From NCBI GenBank assembly GCA_900617105.1, contig UYFQ01000023.1, positions 434,001 to 498,000 of the forward strand: a DNA stretch of 64,000 bases. Direction: 5' to 3'. This stretch comes from Hydrurus foetidus (taxonomy: Eukaryota). A program made the translations under genes and the position numbers. Shown piece after piece: positions 52,601 through 59,288 of the stretch (position 1 is the stretch's first letter; each line of letters starts with the position of its first letter). Below the pieces are notes generated by a model. That model ran no database searches. It saw only the letters and a program-made list of their open reading frames with translations, and was not told the DNA's origin.

Positions 52601-53265
52601 GCGGCGGCAAACTGTACCGGGTGGGTGGCGACCACGGGCAAGCTCAAACGGGCGGCGAGTTGCACGGCAGCGACCACATGGGCTTCGTCATCCGCCCGGC
52701 CAGCGCGTTGCAGCTCGACGTAAAAACGGTCGGGGAAGATGGCGGCAAGCAAGCGGGCAGTCGCATCTGCTCGTTCGGTGTCGCCTTGCAGCAGCGCCGG
52801 GCCAAACGGCCCCATTTGCGCACCCGACAAGACGATCAAACCCTCGTTCAACTCCGAGAGCCACGCCAGACGGCAAGCGCTTTGCACCTTGCCAGGGTTT
52901 TGCGTCCAGGTGCGGGCCAGCAGCTCGCACAGGTTCAGGTAACCCTGTTTGTTTTGCACCAGCACGATGAGGCGAGCGAGCGTTTCTTTAGTGCCCAAGG
53001 CCACGGCGGCACCAGGGATGGTGCCAGAGAGACCATCAACGAAGATTTCAGCGCCTATCAAGGGCTTCACACCCGCCCCACGCGCTGCTTTGTAGAACTT
53101 GATGGCCCCGAACAGGTTGTTCAGGTCGGTGATGGCCAGCGCAGGCTGCCCCCCCTGTGCCGCAAGGGCCACCGCATCGTCAATGCGGTTGGTGCCGTCT
53201 ACGACGGAAAACTCGGTGTGGAGGCGAAGGTGAACGAAAGCGGGGGCAGAGGCGAGGGAAGTCAT
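49666..53265 (-). CDS. dnaE: DNA polymerase III alpha subunit
   Basis: HLRLHTEFS, GPGRGSGAGS, FERFLNPERVSMPDFDIDF, KFDFLGL, YGFNKSH; no intein-sized insertion. Confidence 0.98.
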   Translation of the reverse strand: MTSLASAPAFVHLRLHTEFSVVDGTNRIDDAVALAAQGGQPALAITDLNNLFGAIKFYKAARGAGVKPLIGAEIFVDGLSGTIPGAAVALGTKETLARLIVLVQNKQGYLNLCELLARTWTQNPGKVQSACRLAWLSELNEGLIVLSGAQMGPFGPALLQGDTERADATARLLAAIFPDRFYVELQRAGRADDEAHVVAAVQLAARLSLPVVATHPVQFAAADDYEAHEARVCISDGEILSNPKRVRRFTRDQYHKSASEMIALFADIPSAVANTLEIAKRCNLTLVLGKSMLPEFPTPLVNGEKLSIDAYFRYASHEGLKQRLIHLYPNETAREKQRPTYETRLEFELNVILKMDFPGYFLIVSDFIHWAKNNGCPVGPGRGSGAGSLVAYALSITDLDPLQYNLLFERFLNPERVSMPDFDIDFCQGNRDRVIDYVKDKYGRNAVSQIATFGTMAARAAIRDVGRVLDMSYTFCDGISKLIPNKPGMSVTLQYPPATPKEGDKNNYAIAMEPVLAERIANEEDVKTLIELAQKLEGMTRNIGMHAGGVLIAPGKLTDFCPLYQQPGSDSAVSQYDKDDVEAIGLVKFDFLGLATLTILEIAKDFIRARHKGQENFAFENIPLDDTPTYKLFSDGKTEAVFQFESRGMQGMLKDARPTRLEDLIALNALYRPGPMDLIPSFVARKHGREVVEYPHPLVANMLSETYGIMVYQEQVMQTAQILGGYSLGGADMLRRAMGKKKAEEMAEHRGIFRLGAAKNDINEAKADEIFDLMEKFAGYGFNKSHAAAYSLLAYHTGWLKVHYTAEFFCANMTVEMDDTDKLRVLFEDAEKKFGLTFEPPNINTGRYRFEPISNKEIRYGLGAVKGTGQQAVEAIVAAREGKGATERGGEAGPFKSLFDFCVRVDRSKFNKRAVEALIKAGAFDCIEPNRAMLIASVDRAFEFAAAQQANVNQGGLFDMMGGDDDHGSSTQEPDLVPTAPWGVKEQLTLEKTALGFYLSGHLYDEVAPEISNFIKRRLEDIGDSKDQQLLAGIVTDFRIINGQRGKQGLFKLDDGTSVLEASASEALMNANRNLLKDDELVIIQGKVQNDRFSGGLRLQVNQIWDLATARCRFGKYLRVAVNGKAPDIHALVRDFPAQREVSEEGELVRGLSVRLNVLRETLAVELSLDERAKFFPTDAALSGWAAQAHEGRAVVVYE
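52478..52494 (-). repeat. Dispersed 17-bp element inside dnaE
   Basis: Reverse complement GCTTCTGAAATGATAGC-ATTATT-CGC-TGATATTCCAAGCGC. Confidence 0.72.
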
Positions 53266-53298
53266 GCCGCCATTGTAGAAAGCCGAAAGCGATCGACC

Positions 53299-53373
53299 CT
53301 AAGCTGCGGCCATCACATAGCGGTTTTTACCAGCACGCTTGGCTTCGTACAGCGCCTCATCAGCGCTGCGCAC
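53299..53373 (-). pseudogene. C-terminal remnant of a GGDEF (diguanylate cyclase) gene
   Basis: Translates VRSADEALYEAKRAGKNRYVMAAA*; an in-frame TAA lies 4 codons upstream. Confidence 0.75.
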
Positions 53374-53427
53374 TGACCGTACTTAAAATCAAGGGGGAAT
53401 CCCCTGCCACTTGTAACGACCGCGCTT

Positions 53428-54177
53428 ATGCACTCCGTACTGAACACATCTGCCTACAAATTCGTACCCATCTGGGACACCTCTGATCTGCGCCGAGAGC
53501 TGTACCGGCAAGCGCAAGATTTGGCACTGCTGGGCACAGTGCTGATCGCGGAAGAAGGCATCAACCTGTTTTTAGCCGGTGAGGCCACCGCAGTGCGGCA
53601 ATTTTTTACCGATTTGCGGCGCGAGCTGCGCTTTGCAGACGTGCACCCCAAAGAGAGCTGGTCAGACAGCCAACCCTTCAAAAAGCTGCTGGTGAAGGTG
53701 AAAGGCGAGATCATCCGCATGAACCACCCCGCCATTCGCCCCGATTTCTCAAGCGACGATGGCCGCGCACCAGCCATTGACGCCCACACGCTCAAGCGCT
53801 GGCTGGCCGCAGGCGTGGACGACGCGGGCCGCCCCGTGGTCACGCTGGACACGCGCAACGCCTTTGAGGTAGACCACGGCACCTTCAAAGGGGCGATTGA
53901 CTGGCGCATCACCAAATTCACCGAATTTCCGCAGGCTTTGACCGCACACCAAGCCGAGCTGGCAGGCAAAACCGTGGTGAGCTTTTGCACCGGTGGCATC
54001 CGGTGCGAAAAGGCAGCGATTTTGATGCGCGAGGTGGGCGTTGAGAACGTCTACCAACTCGAAGGCGGCATCCTCAAGTACTTTGAAGAGACCGATGGTG
54101 CGCATTACCAAGGCGACTGCTTTGTGTTTGACGAGCGCCGCACCCTGGCTGCTGATTTGTCGGTGGCCAGCCAATAG
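53428..54177 (+). CDS. Rhodanese-domain protein, TrhO/YceA family (tRNA U34 hydroxylase-like)
   Basis: AYKFV, EEGIN, LDTRNAFE, FCTGGIRCEKA, QLEGGILKY, CFVFDER. Confidence 0.85.
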   Translation: MHSVLNTSAYKFVPIWDTSDLRRELYRQAQDLALLGTVLIAEEGINLFLAGEATAVRQFFTDLRRELRFADVHPKESWSDSQPFKKLLVKVKGEIIRMNHPAIRPDFSSDDGRAPAIDAHTLKRWLAAGVDDAGRPVVTLDTRNAFEVDHGTFKGAIDWRITKFTEFPQALTAHQAELAGKTVVSFCTGGIRCEKAAILMREVGVENVYQLEGGILKYFEETDGAHYQGDCFVFDERRTLAADLSVASQ

Positions 54178-54193
54178 ATTCAAAAATGATAGC
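54177..54193 (+). repeat. Dispersed 17-bp element, intergenic copy
   Basis: GATTCAAAAATGATAGC-TTTCTA-CGC. Confidence 0.6.
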
Positions 54194-54247
54194 TTTCTAC
54201 GCCCACCAGTCATACTAAAAGGGCTGTAATAGCTGAAAAAATCGAGC

Positions 54248-54943
54248 TTAATCGTTCAGTACATCCAGCACATCTGAGCGAAATTCGCGGCTGTACAGCA
54301 CCACGACCACAAACACGGTGGACCCCATCAGCGCCACGGGGGAAAAGAACCAAGCCATCAGCGCAAACGCAAAGTAGTAGGCCCGCAGGCCATCGTTGAA
54401 GGTTTCCGCCGCAAAGCCCAACAGCTTGCCGCCTCGGGTGGCGTATTTTTCGCGGTCATGCAAGCCCGCCTCAAACTCTTTCGCTGGGGGCATGGACGCC
54501 ACAGCCAGCGACACAAACGTGTTGAGCCGCATGGCCCAGGTAAAGCGGAAGAAGGCGTAGACAAAGCAACCTATCAACAGCAGGATTTTCAAATCAAAAA
54601 TCAATACCGAGGTACGCACGGCAAAAGGTATCTCGCGCACCACCTCAGCGGCCTGCTGGGTGGAGCCAAGCAAAGCAAACAAACCACCAATGATGATGAT
54701 GGTGGTGCTGGAAAAAAAAGAAGGCATGCTGGCCAGACTCTGCGTGACGATGCCATCAATCATGCGTGGATCACGCAGCGTGGTTTCCAGCATCCACATG
54801 CGGCGGTAGCGGTTGGTGGTGGCCAAAATCGACAGCCGACTGCCGCTGCCGTGGGTGCTGAACCAGGCGTAACCCGTCCAAGTGCCAAAGAAAACGATGA
54901 CAGCCAACCAATCTAGCCCTGGCAATAAAGTAAGAACTTGCAT
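54248..54943 (-). CDS. DUF599 family membrane protein
   Basis: R..WM, RD.R, FFSSTT, AFFRFTWAMR, FNDGLRAYYF, REF.S. Confidence 0.8.
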   Translation of the reverse strand: MQVLTLLPGLDWLAVIVFFGTWTGYAWFSTHGSGSRLSILATTNRYRRMWMLETTLRDPRMIDGIVTQSLASMPSFFSSTTIIIIGGLFALLGSTQQAAEVVREIPFAVRTSVLIFDLKILLLIGCFVYAFFRFTWAMRLNTFVSLAVASMPPAKEFEAGLHDREKYATRGGKLLGFAAETFNDGLRAYYFAFALMAWFFSPVALMGSTVFVVVVLYSREFRSDVLDVLND

Positions 54944-54989
54944 AGCTTGATCGTAAAGGCAATCGGGCCCGCCCTTGCGTGAAGTAACT

Positions 54990-55964
54990 CTAATCGCGCC
55001 GATCAGCCGGTCTGGCCTTAACACGGCGCTCTTTCTTGGCCCGTAGCTCAGGCAGCGCAATCATCTCGGTTTCACCCACCACATAGCCAAACACATGGCC
55101 AGACCAGTCTTGTGCAGCTTGGGCCAGGCGGTGTTTTCGGCTGGAGACAAAATTCCACCACATGAAACGAGGTGCATCGAGCGCATCCCCGCCTATCACC
55201 ATCAGGCGGCAAGCGTGAGTGGCTGACAAGTTGGTGATGCGGCTTGGGGCGTTGCGCTGGCGGGTGAGATCAATATTTGCTTCAGTCGCAGCATTGGTCG
55301 CCAATACCGCCAAAGTGTGCATAGCAACAGATTCACCGTCCACGGCAATGTCCGCATCTACCGCATAAACCGCCAGCTCTTGGGCCAACGCGGGCAGCTC
55401 CAGCGTGGCACCTGCCGACAATTGCACGTCCAAATAAACCGTGGGGGTGAAGGTGGCAACGGGCGATGTGGCGCCGAATGCCGTACCAATCAGCACTTTC
55501 ACGCAGGCTTCGCCCTGCTGCACCTCAGGCAAATCCGCAGCAGGCGTGTGTTTGAAATCAGGTGCCGTTTCTTCATGTTCGCGGGGCAAAGCCGCCCACA
55601 GCTGCAAACCGTGGTTGACGTAGCGGGTGCTACGCAGATCATCGGGTGCGCGCTCAGAATGCACGATACCGTGGCCTGCCGTCATCCAGTTGATGGCACC
55701 CGGCTCGATGCGCTGGACGAAACCCAGGCTGTCACGGTGCATGAACGCGCCTTCAAACAGGTAGGTGACTGTGGCCAAGCCAATGTGCGGATGGGGCCGT
55801 ATATCTTGAACCCCACCCGGCCCCACGGTGACGGGGCCGAAGTGGTCCATGAACAAAAATGGCCCCACGCCTTGGCGTTGGGCCGATGGAAGCAAGCGTC
55901 GCACTGTGAAGCCGCCACCCAAATCTTTGGGTTGCCCCACCAACTGCATCAGTAAACCCATCAT
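54990..55964 (-). CDS. Pirin family protein
   Basis: GPFLFMDH, HPHIGLATVTY, WMTAGHGIVHSE, WWNFVSS. Confidence 0.92.
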   Translation of the reverse strand: MMGLLMQLVGQPKDLGGGFTVRRLLPSAQRQGVGPFLFMDHFGPVTVGPGGVQDIRPHPHIGLATVTYLFEGAFMHRDSLGFVQRIEPGAINWMTAGHGIVHSERAPDDLRSTRYVNHGLQLWAALPREHEETAPDFKHTPAADLPEVQQGEACVKVLIGTAFGATSPVATFTPTVYLDVQLSAGATLELPALAQELAVYAVDADIAVDGESVAMHTLAVLATNAATEANIDLTRQRNAPSRITNLSATHACRLMVIGGDALDAPRFMWWNFVSSRKHRLAQAAQDWSGHVFGYVVGETEMIALPELRAKKERRVKARPADRRD

Positions 55965-56089
55965 GTTCTCCCTGTTTTAAAGTGAAAGCAATGATGCACT
56001 GACAGTGCTGGCATCGCTACATGTGAGGGTATTGTCCAAGTTCAGTTTGACGGCTTACGTCACGCTTATGACGCTTATGACAAGTGGGA

Positions 56090-56644
56090 TCAGGCACTCC
56101 ACTTGGTCGCTACGGCGGCAATGCGCTTGCCGTACAGCTTGGCTGTTTCCAAGTCTCCGTTCAGCATTTCGGCGGGGCTGGAGTCCGAAGGCGACTGTGC
56201 CAACAGGCCAATCGACCCACCCAGATTGTTCACATCGTTGCGCTGCGCGGCCTTGCTGTTGCTGGGCATCAAGCCCAAGCTGACCCACAGCCCCCCGTGT
56301 TGCGATGCCAGCGTCACGAAATAGCCCAAGGTGGAACCTTTGTCGCCGTTCAAGCTGGCGCTGTTGGTGAAACCGGCGAACACTTTGTCTTTCCATACGT
56401 GGGTGAACCAGGCTTTGGACGATGCATCGGCAAACTTTTTGAACTGCCAGCTCACGCTCCCCATGTAGGTGGGGCTGCCAAAGACGATAGCGTCAGCAGC
56501 GTTCAGCGTGTCCCAACCGCCTTCAGGCAAGTTGCCCTCGGCATCAATAGCGACGAGTTGGCCACCCGCGCCTTCGGCCAGCGCTTGTGCGACGCGCAGG
56601 GTGTGACCGTAACCTGAATGAAAAACAACAGCAACTTTAGACAT
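56090..56644 (-). CDS. Flavodoxin-family protein (WrbA-like)
   Basis: HSGYGHT, FGSPTYMG, SLNGDK. Confidence 0.88.
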   Translation of the reverse strand: MSKVAVVFHSGYGHTLRVAQALAEGAGGQLVAIDAEGNLPEGGWDTLNAADAIVFGSPTYMGSVSWQFKKFADASSKAWFTHVWKDKVFAGFTNSASLNGDKGSTLGYFVTLASQHGGLWVSLGLMPSNSKAAQRNDVNNLGGSIGLLAQSPSDSSPAEMLNGDLETAKLYGKRIAAVATKWSA

Positions 56645-56737
56645 GACAAATTCCTTGAAAAAGTGAAGGGAGGGGAGAAATCAAAAAATCATATGGGGCA
56701 TTTATGGCCCCCATTCAATGCACCAATGGACAGCAGC

Positions 56738-57436
56738 TCAGTGCAACTCAAACACTAGCACTTCAGCGTCCGCGCCTTGGCTTAGCGACAGGCTGCTTTC
56801 GCCGTCCAACAAGGCCGCATCACCAGCGACCAACTTGTGGCCATTCACATCCAACGCGCCACGCACCAGATGCACATAGCTTTTACGCTGCGGGTTGAGC
56901 GCCATCGTGGCTGACTCGGCACCGTCAAACAGCCCCGCATACAGCGCGGCGTCGGCATGGATTGTCACTGAGCCTTGTGCGCCATCGGGCGAGGCCACCA
57001 AGCGCAAAGCACCGCGCTTTTCAGCATCAACAAAGGATTTTTGCTCGTAGCTGGCGGGGATGCCCGTCACGTTGGGTTCAATCCAGATTTGCAAAAAGTG
57101 TGTGGTCTCGTCTTTGGCGTGGTTGAACTCGCTGTGCTGCACGCCCGTGCCTGCGCTCATGCGCTGCACATCGCCGGGTGGGATACCTTTGACGTTGCCC
57201 AGCGTGTCTTTGTGCGCCAAATTGCCCGACAGCACGTAGCTGATGATTTCCATGTCACGGTGGCCATGTTGACCAAAGCCCGTGCCGGGGGCAATGCGGT
57301 CTTCGTTAATCACCCGCAGGTTGCCCCAGCCCATGTGCGCTGGGTCGTGGTAGCCCGCGAACGAGAACGAGTGGTGACTTTTAAGCCAACCGTGGTCGGC
57401 GTGGCCACGGTCTTGGGATTTGCGTAACGTCAACAT
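56738..57436 (-). CDS. Pirin family protein (YhhW-like)
   Basis: RGHADHGWL, LRVINED, HGHRDMEI, MSAGTGVQHSE, FLQIW. Confidence 0.93.
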   Translation of the reverse strand: MLTLRKSQDRGHADHGWLKSHHSFSFAGYHDPAHMGWGNLRVINEDRIAPGTGFGQHGHRDMEIISYVLSGNLAHKDTLGNVKGIPPGDVQRMSAGTGVQHSEFNHAKDETTHFLQIWIEPNVTGIPASYEQKSFVDAEKRGALRLVASPDGAQGSVTIHADAALYAGLFDGAESATMALNPQRKSYVHLVRGALDVNGHKLVAGDAALLDGESSLSLSQGADAEVLVFELH

Positions 57437-57551
57437 GGGGGGTCTGCCTTTGTGCTTTGTGCGGGTGGTGCGCAGGCTGGCATCAGCAGCGCATGACCTG
57501 AATTTTGGGCTTCAAAGCCCCCCAACCCAGGCAGACCATTTGATGGCATCA

Positions 57552-57566
57552 TTCAAATTATTTGAA
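57552..57566. promoter_or_regulatory. LysR-type operator between the divergent pirin and LysR genes
   Basis: TTCAAA-TTA-TTTGAA perfect inverted repeat containing T-N11-A. Confidence 0.65.
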
Positions 57567-57580
57567 GAAAAACCCACCTT

Positions 57581-58531
57581 ATGAGCAGCGCCACCCCCAC
57601 ACCCCGCGATGTTTTGACCCCTGAAGCCCTGGCCATGCTGCAGGTCATCGCCAAGACGGGCAGCTTTGCCGCCGCCGCCCGCAGCCTGGGGCAGGTGCCC
57701 AGCGCCCTCACCTACCGCATCCGCCAGATGGAAGACGCGCTGGACGTGCTGTTGTTTGACCGCAGCTCACGCCAAGCCCGCCTGACAGTAGCCGGGGCCG
57801 AGCTGCTGCGCGAAGGCACGCGCTTGCTGAGCGAAATTGATGCCGTGGCCAACCGCGTCAAGCGCGTCGCCACCGGTTGGGAACCGCAACTGACGATTGC
57901 GGTGGACGGTGCCATCTCGCGCACCCCCATAATGGAACTGTGCGAGGCCTTTTTCGCACTGAACCCACCCACGCGCATCAAGCTGCGAGAAGAAACGCTT
58001 TCGGGCACCTTGGAAGCGCTGACCTCGGGCCAAGCCGATTTGGCCATCGGCGTGGTACTGGACACAGGCCCGCAGGCAGGCATACGCAGCCAGCCGCTGG
58101 GCCGCTTTAAATTCATCTACGCTGTCGCCCCACATCATCCTCTGGCCGATGCCCCTGAGCCGGTGGACGACGCACTGCTACGCCAATACCGGGGCATAGC
58201 TGTGGCCGATTCGGTTCAACGCGGCAACGGCATCACGGTAGGCTTGATCGGTGGCCAAGACGTGTTCACCGTGGCCACCATGTCCGCCAAATTAGAGGCC
58301 CAACTGCGTGGCCTGGGCGGCGGCTCCGTCCCCGAGTACATGGCCCAACCGTACATTGACACCGGGCGCTTGGTCGCCAAACGTGTCAACCGCAACGCCA
58401 TTGAAGGCAGCGCCAGCTACGCTTGGCTAGACCACGCCAGCACCACCCAAGGCAAAGCATTGCAATGGTGGTTGCAGCAATTGGGAAGTGCGAAGACGCG
58501 GGCGGCGCTGCTGGGACTGCGGGAGGGGTAA
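57581..58531 (+). CDS. LysR family transcriptional regulator (YhaJ-like)
   Basis: GSFAAAARSLGQVPSALTYRIRQMEDALDVLLFDR HTH; divergent from pirin. Confidence 0.92.
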   Translation: MSSATPTPRDVLTPEALAMLQVIAKTGSFAAAARSLGQVPSALTYRIRQMEDALDVLLFDRSSRQARLTVAGAELLREGTRLLSEIDAVANRVKRVATGWEPQLTIAVDGAISRTPIMELCEAFFALNPPTRIKLREETLSGTLEALTSGQADLAIGVVLDTGPQAGIRSQPLGRFKFIYAVAPHHPLADAPEPVDDALLRQYRGIAVADSVQRGNGITVGLIGGQDVFTVATMSAKLEAQLRGLGGGSVPEYMAQPYIDTGRLVAKRVNRNAIEGSASYAWLDHASTTQGKALQWWLQQLGSAKTRAALLGLREG

Positions 58532-58551
58532 ATGGCACATTCCATTGCATT

Positions 58552-58944
58552 TCAAGCACTGCCAAGCAGCTGAATATCGTCCATCGGGTAGTGCTTGCGG
58601 TTGTGCGTCCACAGTGGGCAGCGGTGGGCACGCGCTGTTGCGGCCAGCATGAAATCTTCTAAGGCAATGCCTTGGAAAGCCTTGGCGTACTGGTTCGCAT
58701 ACAGACCAGCGATGCGCCCGACTTCGCGCTCCATCGGGCTGTGTTCGCAAAGGGCGAAGAAAGCTTCAATGTCTTTGTATTCCCGCTTGAAAGCACCGGC
58801 ATAAACCTCAGCGATGACGATGGGGCTGATTAAAAAGGTGGTTTTCCCCTCCAGCAAGGCCAGGAACTGCGCCACCACAGCAGGCACTTTTTTGAGCAAA
58901 TCAATCACGATGTTGGTGTCCAGCACCACCCGCTCAGCACTCAC
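58552..58944 (-). CDS. PIN-domain (VapC) toxin
   Basis: VLDTNIVID, IAEVYAG, EDFMLAATA, LWTHNRKHY. Confidence 0.9.
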   Translation of the reverse strand: MSAERVVLDTNIVIDLLKKVPAVVAQFLALLEGKTTFLISPIVIAEVYAGAFKREYKDIEAFFALCEHSPMEREVGRIAGLYANQYAKAFQGIALEDFMLAATARAHRCPLWTHNRKHYPMDDIQLLGSA

Positions 58945-59198
58945 GCGTTTTCGCCTGTTCGCAAGATGCGGCTTGTGGTGCGCAAGGCACGCACGTAGTC
59001 GTCTGCATCGACTTGGGCAAAACTGTCCAGTGGTTTGAGGCGATCAAAAAAAGCCTTGGCCTCTGCGACCGGGTTTTTTTGGATGTCTTTTTCCAAGGTT
59101 CGGCGAATCAACTCCGCCATGCTGACCCCCAGGCTGCGGGCACTGGTTTTCAGGTTGTCATAAAGCTCATCTTGCAGATAGATTTGGGTACGGTGCAT
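58941..59198 (-). CDS. Ribbon-helix-helix (CopG-like) antitoxin
   Basis: MHRTQIYL...GVSMAELIRR; overlaps the toxin start. Confidence 0.85.
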   Translation of the reverse strand: MHRTQIYLQDELYDNLKTSARSLGVSMAELIRRTLEKDIQKNPVAEAKAFFDRLKPLDSFAQVDADDYVRALRTTSRILRTGENA

Positions 59199-59214
59199 GA
59201 CAGGCTTTCTTATT

Positions 59215-59236
59215 TGATGTATAAAATCATACATCA
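59215..59236. promoter_or_regulatory. Putative TA autoregulatory operator
   Basis: TGATGTAT-N6-ATACATCA perfect inverted repeat just upstream of the antitoxin. Confidence 0.65.
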
Positions 59237-59288
59237 CAAAGCCACACGCTTCATCCTAACAAGCGGTGGGGACAGGCACAATCCCCCC

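Noticed and set aside
49666..53265. Intein or split in dnaE
   Set aside because: Length and continuous motifs fit an uninterrupted alpha subunit.
59013..59288. N-terminal extension of the permease ORF
   Set aside because: Overlaps the antitoxin gene on the opposite strand; ATG 59289 gives the typical family N-terminus.
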